64,000 bases of DNA from Candidatus Poribacteria bacterium (GCA_963663765.2 CAXXUA010000008.1:52320-116319), one strand, 5' to 3'; shown: positions 19,521-29,713, numbered from the stretch's first letter. Notes: generated by a model from the sequence alone, not told the origin. Program-made: numbers and translations.

Positions 19521-19766
19521 ATGTCTCTCGATTGGAAACCACGACACAGGGATATGATTATTGGTGGTATTCCGTGGCTTGCACGAATCTCTGACAAAGC
19601 CAGCGCGAAACTACAAGGTATCATCGGTGAATACATATATCCGTGACCACAAGACAAAATGTTCCTGGAGGAACATAAAATATCTGCTGACGAATTCGTT
19701 GACATGGTGAAAAACAATCCATCAGATGATGAGATGATTGCTGCCATGAAGGAATTAAATAGCTAA
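19521..19766 (+). CDS. Small DUF5069-like protein with in-frame UGA, probable selenocysteine at codon 42; 81 aa
   Basis: RBS AAGGAGG. MSLDWKPRHRDMIIGGIPWLARISDKASAKLQGIIGEYIYP(U)PQDKMFLEEHKISADEFVDMVKNNPSDDEMIAAMKELNS*. The TGA at 19644..19646 falls at the Cys of the family motif GEY.YPCP.D..FL. Confidence 0.82.
19659..19676 (+). promoter_or_regulatory. Candidate bacterial SECIS hairpin
   Basis: Perfect 7-bp stem ATGTTCC-TGGA-GGAACAT starting 13 nt after the UGA, with G at loop position 2. Confidence 0.68.
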
Positions 19767-19829
19767 ATATTGTTCATAAGACAGGCGTGCTCGGGAAAGC
19801 GCGCCAATTTCACACCGGAGATTGTTTGC

Positions 19830-20894
19830 GTGAACTTGAAAAAACTGCGAGATCAAATTAATAAACTTGATGACCAACTTCTTGAAATCCTTCAAAAACG
19901 AGCTGAGATTTCGGGGAAAGTAGGTTCCTTAAAAGCAGACATGGGGTCTGTTATTCATGATCCACAGAGAGAATACGAGATTCTTAAACGTCTAAAAAAC
20001 CTGAATCACAGTATTTATCCTGAACATTCTATTGAAATAATATGGAATGAGATTTTCTCGGCATCACGTGCTGTACAAACACCAATACGTGTAGCTTTCC
20101 TCGGACCTTTAGGGAGTTTCGGACACACCGCTTGTGAGGCATTTTTCGGTCCATCATCAGACATGATTCCAATCACTCCCCAGGTTGATATCTTTACCGA
20201 AGTAGAAACAAATCGCGCGGATTTTGGTATGGTAGCAATCCAAAACTCAGTATACGGTACTGTCCGAGATGTGTTAGAGCGATTCCAACATACACATTTA
20301 AAAATCTGTGCTGAAATGTATCAACCGATCAAGCACCACCTGATTTCAAAGTCGCAACTTCAAGATATAGAACGCATTTACTCACATAGTCAACCTTTCG
20401 CTCAATGTCGTATGTGGTTGAATAATTTTATGAAACATGTTGAGCAGGTTGAAGTTGTCAGCACATCGGACGCAGCACAACGCGCTGCTGAAGAACCTAA
20501 CACCGCAGCCATCGCAAGCAAACTTGCAAGTAAGATATACGAAGTGCCTGTAATCGCCGATTCAATAATGGATGACCCAAATAACACAACACGTTTTCTT
20601 ATAATTGGAGACCAGATAGTAGGCATGAGTGGCAATGACTGCACTTCCATCTTTTTCTCTGTAAAAAACAAAGTTGGTGCATTATATGAAATCTTGGGAG
20701 TCCTTGAAAAATACCAACTGAACCTTAGTTATTTGGAATCACTCCCTTCACGCAGCAAACAGTGGGAATACATCTTCTTCGCAGATATTGATGGACATGT
20801 TGAGGATGAAAAAGTTCATACTGTACTTGACGACCTTGAGAACCTCTGCAGAGAGGTAAGAATCCTCGGTTCATATCCTCGGGGTGAAAAATAA
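19830..20894 (+). CDS. pheA: Chorismate mutase/prephenate dehydratase
   Basis: CM domain LRDQINKLD, FLGP, SHSQPFAQC, NTTRFL and an ACT domain with ESLPS. GTG start at 19830 with GGAG RBS. Confidence 0.93.
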   Translation: MNLKKLRDQINKLDDQLLEILQKRAEISGKVGSLKADMGSVIHDPQREYEILKRLKNLNHSIYPEHSIEIIWNEIFSASRAVQTPIRVAFLGPLGSFGHTACEAFFGPSSDMIPITPQVDIFTEVETNRADFGMVAIQNSVYGTVRDVLERFQHTHLKICAEMYQPIKHHLISKSQLQDIERIYSHSQPFAQCRMWLNNFMKHVEQVEVVSTSDAAQRAAEEPNTAAIASKLASKIYEVPVIADSIMDDPNNTTRFLIIGDQIVGMSGNDCTSIFFSVKNKVGALYEILGVLEKYQLNLSYLESLPSRSKQWEYIFFADIDGHVEDEKVHTVLDDLENLCREVRILGSYPRGEK

Positions 20895-20961
20895 TTCACT
20901 TTTATGTGGTTCTTAGACGTTTTCTCTATTATTGAATTTCTACTGATGCCTTTAAAGAACA

Positions 20962-22113
20962 ATGGCAATTACATTGACCCAACAGATCCAAGAACGTGCC
21001 CATGAACTCGGATTTGAACTTGTCGGTATAACCCCTGTCCAAGAGAGCCAAACCATCCAACGATACAAACAATGGATTGACAATGGGTATGCCGGTGAAA
21101 TGGGATACCTTGAAAGACACTTACCTCTAAAGGAAGACCCACGAAAACTACTCCAAGAAGCAAAATCCGTTATCTGCCTCGCTATGAACTATTATACGCT
21201 TGACACACCAACGGAAATTGCACAGGATCCCAGCAGAGGACAAATCTCTCGATACGCATGGGGGGATGACTATCACGATGTCATACGTGCACGCTTGTTA
21301 CACTTTGTCGAGTATATAAAAAGCAAAGCAGAAACCGAACTCAAAAGTCGGGTTTTTGTGGATTCCGGTCCTATCATAGAAAGGGAATATGCACAAAAAG
21401 CAAAACTCGGTTGGATAGGAAAAAACACTAATCTAATCAACTGGCGTACAGGTTCATGGTACTTTCTTGCAGAGGTACTTGTTAGTATTGACTTGGAATA
21501 TGATTTACCACCACTGATAGGAAGTTGCGGCAGCTGCACAAAGTGCATTGAGGAATGTCCAACAGACGCAATTATTGAACCAAATCTACTTGATTCAAGG
21601 TTATGCATCTCATATCTGACGATTGAATTGAGGGACAGTATTCCAAAGGAACTCCGACCCAAGATGGGTAATCTGATTTTTGGCTGCGACATCTGCCAAG
21701 AGGTCTGCCCATGGAACAGCAAAGCAACGCCAACAACAGAACTCGCGTTTAGACCCCGAAAGGGCAATCTTGCACCTGAGCTGCTATCACTCATCGGAAT
21801 GACACAAGCCGAGTTCAGCAAGAGGTTCAAGGGAAGTCCAATCAAACGCACAAAACGTAGGGGGTTTCTACGAAATGTCATCGTAGCAATCGGTAACTGG
21901 AAATCACGAACTGCTATTCCCGCACTCAGTAACGCAATGACTGATGATGAACCGCTAATACGAGGGCATGCAGCATGGGCATTAGGACAAATCGGTGGGG
22001 ATGATGCTAAACAGGTATTGAATACCCGTTTGGAGACTGAAAATGATAATGATGTCATTACTGAAATAGAGGATGCACTACAAGTTATAGCAGGTAATGG
22101 GAATTTACTATAG
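20962..22113 (+). CDS. queG: Epoxyqueuosine reductase
   Basis: ISRYAWGDDYH, GWIGKN, CGSCTKCIEECP, CISYLTIE, GCDICQEVCPWN and a HEAT tail. Confidence 0.95.
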   Translation: MAITLTQQIQERAHELGFELVGITPVQESQTIQRYKQWIDNGYAGEMGYLERHLPLKEDPRKLLQEAKSVICLAMNYYTLDTPTEIAQDPSRGQISRYAWGDDYHDVIRARLLHFVEYIKSKAETELKSRVFVDSGPIIEREYAQKAKLGWIGKNTNLINWRTGSWYFLAEVLVSIDLEYDLPPLIGSCGSCTKCIEECPTDAIIEPNLLDSRLCISYLTIELRDSIPKELRPKMGNLIFGCDICQEVCPWNSKATPTTELAFRPRKGNLAPELLSLIGMTQAEFSKRFKGSPIKRTKRRGFLRNVIVAIGNWKSRTAIPALSNAMTDDEPLIRGHAAWALGQIGGDDAKQVLNTRLETENDNDVITEIEDALQVIAGNGNLL

Positions 22114-22130
22114 GTTATACTGTGCTTTTT

Positions 22131-22955
22131 CTACTCCCACCGTGCCCATACATTTGGAGTAATGTAACCTTCATCCTTGTATGGATCATCACCTGAAACA
22201 ACCACAACCCCACGATAGTTCCGTTGTCCTTTCCATCCAAGCCACGATGCTGTTGAACAATAGTGACTCACGAGAACGCGTCGATAGGAATTGCTTCTAT
22301 TCTTTTTTGACCGATGTAATAGGTAACCGTTGAAAAAGAGGACGCTACCCGTTGTCATTTCAATTGGAACTTCTGTGGAATCGTCAAAACCACGTGCCTC
22401 ATAGCAGCTGTCAAACTCATCTTGCTTGTTGTGCGGGTGACGATCATAGATTACGCCAGATCTATGGCTATTGGGCAGCACCCAGATGCATCCATTGTTA
22501 ACTGTCGCGTCATCCAAAGGAATCCAAGCCCCAACAAGTGATCTGTCACGCGTCGGTATCGGATGTTCGTCTTGGTGCCATGGATTTCCGGTATGTCCCG
22601 GTACTTTCCCCAACATCATTGACTGCATACACTTAACACCCCCATTCCAAAATGGTATGTGTGCACCGACGATTTCTCGTAGGATCGCACATATTTTAGG
22701 ATGTTCAACATAACGACGCACAATCGGACTGAATGTATGGGGTTCACCAACACACATTATTCGGTCTAAGACTTCAATTTCAGTTGCATCCTCTGACATC
22801 GCTGGAATTGCGTCACATTCATATTTACCTCGAAAAATTTTTACCATTTCTAATTTCAGTTCATCACATTCCTGAGGCGTAATGACATCTGGAACTAACA
22901 GGTATCCATCGTTGATATATGATTTTGCCCAACGGTTTGAAACCTGATGTGACAT
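22131..22955 (-). CDS. Phytanoyl-CoA dioxygenase (PhyH) family protein
   Basis: Motifs WHQD, AWIPLDDA..NGC, PNSH and LLHRS. Confidence 0.9.
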   Translation of the reverse strand: MSHQVSNRWAKSYINDGYLLVPDVITPQECDELKLEMVKIFRGKYECDAIPAMSEDATEIEVLDRIMCVGEPHTFSPIVRRYVEHPKICAILREIVGAHIPFWNGGVKCMQSMMLGKVPGHTGNPWHQDEHPIPTRDRSLVGAWIPLDDATVNNGCIWVLPNSHRSGVIYDRHPHNKQDEFDSCYEARGFDDSTEVPIEMTTGSVLFFNGYLLHRSKKNRSNSYRRVLVSHYCSTASWLGWKGQRNYRGVVVVSGDDPYKDEGYITPNVWARWE

Positions 22956-23122
22956 ATTAGCGACACTCCTTTTCTAAAATAAGTATGTCCATTCACACTT
23001 AAAATCACAAATTATATGTGGTAGAATATTCTTCTGCTATCTGAGCTGATCTAATTTGTTATTCTGACACATCAGAATAGGTATCAAAGTTTGGGTTTTC
23101 GGCATCTATCGGTTGGATAGTA

Positions 23123-23280
23123 ATACCATGTCTATTTGACAATGCCTCATTAACTGCGGAGATATTGTAGGAGCGACTTCCTGGTCACGACCGGGAGGTC
23201 GCTCCTACCAAAGAGAGGTGCCTCCAACCAGCACTAAAAGTGAAATTCATTAATGAGGCAATATTAATTAGATTTGGTAT
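23123..23280. mobile_element. ATACCA...TGGTAT-type MITE with REP doublet
   Basis: Ends ATACCA/TGGTAT, inner TGCCTCATTAA/TTAATGAGGCA and GTAGGAGCGAC...GTCGCTCCTAC. Confidence 0.7.
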
Positions 23281-23380
23281 GACCATGTTGCGTGCATTGC
23301 AGTCGTCAGTAAATTCATATCAAGAAACTTTTTAGCATAGATACTAATTGTACAATTATGTCTAAATTGCACAACAAATA

Positions 23381-24943
23381 CTATTTTGTTTGTGTTAGAG
23401 AGATGTGTTCTATGATTTGAGAAGTTAGTTGGCGTTCCACTTCTCTCATTTTTGGTAGACCCGCGAGATTGTTTGTTTCATTTGGATCCTCCTGCACATT
23501 AAATAGGAGGTAGGGTTTATTATCTCTGTTTAAAGCGATTTTCCACTCCTGATTTAGCAGCATAGTTTCCTTTGATATTTGCGATATTGCAAAATCACGG
23601 TGATTCGCTTCAGTGTCAACTAAAGTAGGTGATAAGGATTTTCCGAATTGACGATTTTCCATCTTACCGGCTGCCATTTCAACCAGTGTGGGACCAATGT
23701 CTATCCATTCCACTGGACTTTCACAAACACCTTTCGCTTCATCGCTTTTTAGAGTTTCGGGGGTTCGCACAAGTAGCGGAATACGGACTGCACCATTGAG
23801 GAAATTGCTCTTGTAAATCAATCCGTGATCACCATTCATTTCACCGTGGTCGGAACAGAAAATGATGACAGTATTATCAAGTTCTCCGCGTTTATCAATT
23901 GTATCCAAGATTTCGCCAATCTGATCGTCAATCAGGGTGACGTTGCCTGCATAGTCCGCACGCATCTTTTCAATATCACCCTTTTCAAATTTTGGACTCT
24001 TCTTTTTGCTTTTCAGGAGGTTGTCTAAACTACCTTGTGGACGATTTCCTGTATGCTGTCGACGTGCTGCAGGTGGCATATCCTTAGGATTGTACTTACT
24101 TGCATAGGGTTCAGGTGAGTCCCAAGGTTCATGAGGTCCACCGAAACTTACCCAGCAGAACCAAGGTTCTTGCTGTTTATAGTTTTCTATGTATTGCTTT
24201 GCATGTTGTCCGACGTATACATCCGAATCGTTTTCAAGTCCAAGAGGTGTTGGTCTAACAAGGTGGGGTTTCGTTTTAAATCTATCCTTATAGTCATCTT
24301 TGTACGCATTCCAGACACCTTTTTCTTCCCACATCTCTGTCATATAGGACAAGCAATTCATACTTGCTCGTGGGCCACCGATTTCGTTCACATCATCTAA
24401 CCCGTAAGCATGCATCAAGTGTTCACGTTTGCGTAGATCACCATTATTTGTGTGTAGATGTGTTTTTCCAAATAGGCTGGTGCGGTATCCAGCATCCCGT
24501 ATTGCTTGCATCCATGTGGGTGTTTCAGCTGCCAACTTGTGTTTTCCGTTATTCCAAACACCGGTGTTATGTGCATATAACCCAGTAGCTAAACTGAGTC
24601 GTGCTGGCACACAAACTGGAGAAGTGGTAACGCAGTTCGTATATCTGACACCTTCACTCGCGATCTTATCCATGTTTGGTGTCTGGACCCAACCACCACT
24701 GCAACCCATTGCATCCCAACGTTGTTGGTCTGTCATGATGAAAAGGATATTGGGTTTCTTATGTTGATTAACACTAATGTCACTGTTCTGTTGTGTCCAC
24801 GCATTTGAACCAAGAAGTGATATTGTACCAACTCCTGCAACGCTCAATTCTTTGATGAAAGTTCTGCGGTTAATACTGTCTGTATTGGCAATCGGTGTGT
24901 CTTTATCACATTCTGTTTTTTGGGTTTTGTTTTGCTTTTTCAT
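23381..24943 (-). CDS. Sulfatase (Cys-type, formylglycine dependent) with Tat signal
   Basis: NRRTFIK twin-arginine leader, PNILFIMTDQQR, CVPAR, GKTH and SDHG. Confidence 0.92.
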   Translation of the reverse strand: MKKQNKTQKTECDKDTPIANTDSINRRTFIKELSVAGVGTISLLGSNAWTQQNSDISVNQHKKPNILFIMTDQQRWDAMGCSGGWVQTPNMDKIASEGVRYTNCVTTSPVCVPARLSLATGLYAHNTGVWNNGKHKLAAETPTWMQAIRDAGYRTSLFGKTHLHTNNGDLRKREHLMHAYGLDDVNEIGGPRASMNCLSYMTEMWEEKGVWNAYKDDYKDRFKTKPHLVRPTPLGLENDSDVYVGQHAKQYIENYKQQEPWFCWVSFGGPHEPWDSPEPYASKYNPKDMPPAARRQHTGNRPQGSLDNLLKSKKKSPKFEKGDIEKMRADYAGNVTLIDDQIGEILDTIDKRGELDNTVIIFCSDHGEMNGDHGLIYKSNFLNGAVRIPLLVRTPETLKSDEAKGVCESPVEWIDIGPTLVEMAAGKMENRQFGKSLSPTLVDTEANHRDFAISQISKETMLLNQEWKIALNRDNKPYLLFNVQEDPNETNNLAGLPKMREVERQLTSQIIEHISLTQTK

Positions 24944-25151
24944 TTGTGCCTCTGTATTATGGTAAATTTTGGAATTAATTACACACTTTCACAGGTAGGA
25001 GCGACCTCCTGGTCGCAACCGTATGGAGACCATGTATCAAAACAGTCGCGACCGGCAAATCAACGGTATGAATGCCTTGGGCGAATACGCGTTTGGTATT
25101 CGCCATGATTCCCCGGGTCGCTCCTACCAAAGAAAAGAAAAGGATAGGATA

Positions 25152-25764
25152 ACGACTTGTGCCAGTTAACCCATTGTTTTCAAAGTTTTTACATATATTA
25201 GATTTATAATGCACACATATCGTCCCTACGGGACTAAAGCGGATGTACTATGACGTATTTCTATAAACATATCGTCCCTACGGGACTAAATGGTTTTCTT
25301 GCTATACATTTATTGTATGTGTCCATTGATGATCTACTACTTAAACAGATGACTACTGGGTTCTTCAGCATTGAACTTTTATTTTATGCTAAAATTAATT
25401 GCCGAAAGAACCACTAAAGAGGATGTACTATGACGTATTTCTATAAACATATCGTCCCTACGGGACTAAAGCGGATGTACTATGACGTATTTCTATAAAC
25501 ATATCGTCCCTACGGGACTAAAGCGGATGTACTATGACGTATTTCTATAAACATATCGTTCCTACGGGACTAAAGCGGATGTACTATGACGTATTTCTAT
25601 AAACATATCGTCCCTACGGGACTGAAGAGGATGTACTATGACGTATTTCTATAAACATATCGTCCCTACGGGACTGAAGATCGTTTCAAACTATGAAGGA
25701 CACCTGCAAAACGCCATGCTTTTGTGAAACAATGATTAACATATAGTTATTTAACACAACTCGT
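25152..25764. mobile_element. ACGAC...CTCGT-ended MITE with internal ~52-bp tandem repeats and a nested 123-bp MITE (25291..25413)
   Basis: 7-bp duplication TAGGATA. Repeat unit GCGGATGTACTATGACGTATTTCTATAAACATATCGTCCCTACGGGACTAAA. The nested element TGGTT...AACCA is flanked by a CTAAA duplication. Inverted homolog at 61844..62136. Confidence 0.85.
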
Positions 25765-25895
25765 TAGGATACTTACATTACAACCAATATGGTAAATTAT
25801 AGAAAAGATTAGGATACTTACATTACAACCAATATGGTAAATTGTAGAACTGTAAACTTATTTTCAAATTTCATCATAGTAAGGACATTCACTGT

Positions 25896-27272
25896 TTACT
25901 TTTTCGTTTGGGTATGGAACAGATGTTCTAAAACTTGCAATCTTAATGCGGTTTCTAACTCTTTCATTTCCGGTAAACCCGCAAGATTGTTTGTTTCGTC
26001 TGGGTCATTTTTCACATCAAACAGGAGATAGGGTACTCCGTCTTTATTCAATGCGATTTTCCATTCTTGATTAAGCAGCATTATCTCACCAGAGATCTCT
26101 GAGATTGCATATTCCCGATGTGTTCCTTCTGTATCATCAAGGACTGGACATAATGATTTACCGTATTGTCGGTGTTTGATCTCTCCACCTGCCAATTCCA
26201 CAAGTGTTGGACCAATATCAATCCACTCAACAGGACTTTCACAAACCTGATTCTCTGAAGCGTTTTTCAATGATTCAGGGGTTCGGAGAAGTAAGGGGAT
26301 TCGCACTGACCCGTTAAGGAAATTACCTTTATAGATTAGACCGTAATCAGCATTCATTTCACCGTGGTCAGAGGAGTGGATAATGACGGTATTTTCTAAT
26401 TCACCGCGCTTCTGTATTGCATCAAGGATTTCGCCAATCTGTGCATCAATCAGATTGACATTACCTGCATAGTTTGCACGCATTCTCCCAACTTCACCTG
26501 CTTCAAACTTTGGATTCATGCGATTCATCATATTATCCAAATTACCACGTGGACGATCCCCAGCAGGTGGTCGAGGAATGGGGGGTGGCATGTCATTTGG
26601 GTCATACATGCTTGCATAGGGTTCTGGTGTATCCCAAGGTTCGTGCGGACCACCGAAACTTACCCAACAACACCATGGTTCTTCACGATTATAGTTTTGG
26701 AGGTACTGCTTTGCTTGTTGTCCTACATAGACATCTGCATAATCTTCAAGATCAAGTGGTGAGGGACGAACCATATAGGGTTTTTTCTTGAATCTTTCAC
26801 CATAATCAGCTTTGTATTTTTGCCAAACACCTTTTTCCTCCCACATCTCTGTCATGTGAGAGAGTACACGACTACTTGCCCTTGGACCACCAATCTCGTT
26901 CACATCGTCTAAACCGTAAGCGTTCATTAGGTCTTCGCGGTCTCGGAGGTCACCATTGTGAGGGTGGAGGTGTGTTTTTCCAAAAAGACTGGTACGGTAG
27001 CCAGCATTGCGAACAGACTGCATCCAGGTAGGTGTTTCTGCTGACATGGTGTGTGTCATATTGTTCCAAACACCGGTGTTGTGCGGATACAAACCAGTTG
27101 CTAAACTCAGTCGTGTTGGAATACAAACGGGTGAAGTAGTAACACAGTTGGTAAATCGGACACCTTCACTTGCGATTCGGTCTAAGTTCGGGGTTTGTAC
27201 CCAGTCGCCGCTGCAGCTCATTGCATCCCATCGCTGTTGGTCTGTCATGAGAAGTAGTATGTTTGGTTTCAT
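25896..27272 (-). CDS. Sulfatase (Cys-type), no signal peptide
   Basis: PNILLLMTDQQR, CIPTR, GKTH and SDHG. Close paralog of 23381..24943. Confidence 0.92.
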   Translation of the reverse strand: MKPNILLLMTDQQRWDAMSCSGDWVQTPNLDRIASEGVRFTNCVTTSPVCIPTRLSLATGLYPHNTGVWNNMTHTMSAETPTWMQSVRNAGYRTSLFGKTHLHPHNGDLRDREDLMNAYGLDDVNEIGGPRASSRVLSHMTEMWEEKGVWQKYKADYGERFKKKPYMVRPSPLDLEDYADVYVGQQAKQYLQNYNREEPWCCWVSFGGPHEPWDTPEPYASMYDPNDMPPPIPRPPAGDRPRGNLDNMMNRMNPKFEAGEVGRMRANYAGNVNLIDAQIGEILDAIQKRGELENTVIIHSSDHGEMNADYGLIYKGNFLNGSVRIPLLLRTPESLKNASENQVCESPVEWIDIGPTLVELAGGEIKHRQYGKSLCPVLDDTEGTHREYAISEISGEIMLLNQEWKIALNKDGVPYLLFDVKNDPDETNNLAGLPEMKELETALRLQVLEHLFHTQTKK

Positions 27273-27303
27273 ATTATATCCTTCTTATAGGTTTCATTAT
27301 GCG

Positions 27304-28146
27304 TCAGTTCCGTTCAATGCCAGCATCAATAAATGCTTTTGACAACGTTTGGTATGTTAACGTCGCAGCAGCGAGTGGGTCATAGTCCTTGCGTGCCTGC
27401 ACCATAAAACTTACTTCGGCAGTAATGAATCCATCGTACCCATGTTCCTGCATGAGTTTCAAATAACCAACATAATCAAAAGTTCCCTCTCCAGGAATTA
27501 GGAACTCAAAATCTGGCGCATTACCGCGTTGGTCTTTGACGTGCGTATGAATTGAGACAGCAGCTAAAGCCGAGACCGTCTCCTCGGTAGACATACCGAC
27601 TATATCAAAATGGCTGATGTCAAAGTTGACTTTCAGGTAGGGAGAATTGATGATTTCAAGGAGTTCAAGTACTTTTGCAGGCGTATCAATGATTGCACCG
27701 ATGTGGGGTTCCATTGCAATGGTCACACCACGCGAAGTAGCATAGTCGACCAACTTACCAACACGTTCAACGAGAAAATCTTTCTTGGTATCCCACTCAT
27801 CAGGTTTTCCACCGGTAGTGGTATTTACTGCAGGTAGTTCGTCACCTTGTGCAAGTTCAACTGCTAAATCCACACCACCTTTCAAACGCCACATATTTTT
27901 TTCGTGCGATTCTGCATGGACATCCATTAGATTCGAATGTGCTGCGATCGCGGGTAACGCTAAATTATACTGTTTCAACATGGTTGCAATGCGTTTTCGT
28001 TCTGCTGCATCCAGCGTACTGAGTTCGGTTGTAAAACGTTGTATGATGGTTAGTTCAATTCCATCAAAACCAAGATCCGCAATGTGTGAAATAGCCGTAT
28101 CTATAGGAACAGTCGGCATGCCCCATGTGCTATATCCAAGTTTCAT
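27304..28146 (-). CDS. Sugar phosphate isomerase/epimerase (TIM barrel)
   Basis: Motifs GFDGIEL, AMEPH, NFDISH, HVKD, PGEG and ITAE. Confidence 0.85.
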   Translation of the reverse strand: MKLGYSTWGMPTVPIDTAISHIADLGFDGIELTIIQRFTTELSTLDAAERKRIATMLKQYNLALPAIAAHSNLMDVHAESHEKNMWRLKGGVDLAVELAQGDELPAVNTTTGGKPDEWDTKKDFLVERVGKLVDYATSRGVTIAMEPHIGAIIDTPAKVLELLEIINSPYLKVNFDISHFDIVGMSTEETVSALAAVSIHTHVKDQRGNAPDFEFLIPGEGTFDYVGYLKLMQEHGYDGFITAEVSFMVQARKDYDPLAAATLTYQTLSKAFIDAGIERN

Positions 28147-28188
28147 GTGGGTTTCTCCTTATAGTTTGAGATAAGTCACTCGTCTTTG

Positions 28189-28893
28189 TCAGAAAAGTGC
28201 ACCAAATGAACCGAGCCACTCGTTTATGAGGAAACCGACACGGTGAATCATGAGCGCAACACGTCCCATAACGGTGTTACCGAACGCCGCACCAAATCCT
28301 ATCATAAGGAAAGCGATACCGACCTTTGAAAGCCAATTGATGGGACCGCGATGTTCCACAGAGAAGAAGAAATAGGTGAGCGTACACATTACACCGACGA
28401 CCATGAGGACTGCTCCGAAAGTATCCCAAGTGGAAAGCGTTCCTGCATTAATGTCAGCAAAAGGTGCAATTGTCCCGTGTGTCTGCTTAAAAATGTTCGC
28501 CTGCAACATATTTGGGATTGCGGCACCTGCACCAAACCCGATAAGGATGGCAATGGGAATACGAATCAACCATGTATGCCGTGGGGACAAACGAGCAAAA
28601 AACAGCAAACCGATAGCAATTGGAATTATTTTGAATAGTCCCCAAAGTGCTTGCCTTGTTTCTGGAGTTGTTTCCCCTATTATCTCGGTCCAGAGTGCGC
28701 TCATTGCTTTAGATAATGGTTCCCAAGTTAACGGTATGACTCCTTGGTGGATCCCTATAACAATGAGGTATCCAACTGATATTCCTACAAAGAGATGTTC
28801 TGCAAACCGATAGAACGGGTTATCTCGGTAAAGAAAACTATAGATGCAGAGCGTTAAAAATGCTGCAACCCAGATTCCAAAAACTTCCATCAA
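28189..28893 (-). CDS. Uncharacterised polytopic membrane protein (gene 4 of DUF6754 cluster)
   Basis: About 6 hydrophobic segments. Motifs YSFLYRDNPFYRFAEHLFVG and FLMIGFGAAFGNTVMGR. Confidence 0.8.
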   Translation of the reverse strand: MMEVFGIWVAAFLTLCIYSFLYRDNPFYRFAEHLFVGISVGYLIVIGIHQGVIPLTWEPLSKAMSALWTEIIGETTPETRQALWGLFKIIPIAIGLLFFARLSPRHTWLIRIPIAILIGFGAGAAIPNMLQANIFKQTHGTIAPFADINAGTLSTWDTFGAVLMVVGVMCTLTYFFFSVEHRGPINWLSKVGIAFLMIGFGAAFGNTVMGRVALMIHRVGFLINEWLGSFGALF

Positions 28894-28894
28894 T

Positions 28895-29710
28895 TTACGC
28901 CTCCCTTCTTTGATGAATAAAAAAAGCGATATTGCCTAAAATAACCAACCCGATAATCAGAAGATGTGCAAAGGATGCCGTGTTTAATCCTACAGTCCCA
29001 TCTCCGGGGGCATTCAAAAGTTTCTCATATTCGGCGGCTCCCAAATAACCGGGCATCATGCCTACCAACTGCCCTGATTGCAGATAAGGGTACATCTGGG
29101 CGATAATGACAGCAGTAACACCTGCAGCAATTTTCAAACCGTATCTCGTATTTGCATAAATGATCCAAGTTTCAGTTGTACTACCAGAAGCAAGATCAAG
29201 CAACAGATCAATCTGATCATAGTTCGTGATATTCTCCATCATCGGAATTTCGGCGATAGCTGTTTTTTCATAATCGGTTTCAAAGACACTACTGATGTCA
29301 GTTCCCATACCAAGGATAACTTGTAATGCTCCGGGACGGTAACCTAAAAATACATAATCTTCACCATAGACTGCATTGTTTTCTGCTGCAATTCTTTGCA
29401 TGAGTTTATCAGCTAAGGTAGGTGTATTAGGATAAAGCGTCATGCCGATGACTTTCACGCCTTTACTGAAACAGTGCTGCATCACTGCCTTTGCCATCGG
29501 TTCCGGTTCTGCGAGTGAGGACGGACCATAGTCAAAAGCCATTATAATAGTTGATCCTGATGGAAGTGCTTCAATATAATCGTAAAGTTTTTGTGTCGGT
29601 TCTGACACCGTAATTGGTAACCTGACAGGGATCAGAGTTGGAATGATAACAACTAAGGCAACTAACATAAAAATTATCCGTCTATCCATATTCATGAATT
29701 TTTCAAGCAT
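28895..29710 (-). CDS. Uncharacterised membrane-anchored alpha/beta protein (gene 3 of DUF6754 cluster)
   Basis: N- and C-terminal TM helices around a soluble domain with DYGPS, YGEDYVFLGY, PYLQSGQ and GAAEYE. Confidence 0.8.
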   Translation of the reverse strand: MLEKFMNMDRRIIFMLVALVVIIPTLIPVRLPITVSEPTQKLYDYIEALPSGSTIIMAFDYGPSSLAEPEPMAKAVMQHCFSKGVKVIGMTLYPNTPTLADKLMQRIAAENNAVYGEDYVFLGYRPGALQVILGMGTDISSVFETDYEKTAIAEIPMMENITNYDQIDLLLDLASGSTTETWIIYANTRYGLKIAAGVTAVIIAQMYPYLQSGQLVGMMPGYLGAAEYEKLLNAPGDGTVGLNTASFAHLLIIGLVILGNIAFFIHQRREA

Positions 29711-29713
29711 TGA

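Noticed and set aside
19404-19646. 80-aa ORF ending at TGA 19646 as called in the track
   Set aside because: The start overlaps UPF0182; the RBS points to ATG 19521 and the family-like sequence continues past the TGA.
128-19766. Genome-wide UGA reassignment (code 4 or 25)
   Set aside because: TGA terminates conserved genes at expected positions (mutL, recX, DUF547), and both read-through cases align with Cys rather than Trp or Gly.
21273-22058. 261-aa minus-strand ORF and other antisense ORFs within housekeeping genes
   Set aside because: Antisense shadows of well-supported genes (here queG) with no motifs.
25216-25680. CRISPR array
   Set aside because: Near-identical 52-bp tandem units inside a MITE; the only unique segment is a nested element with its own duplication.
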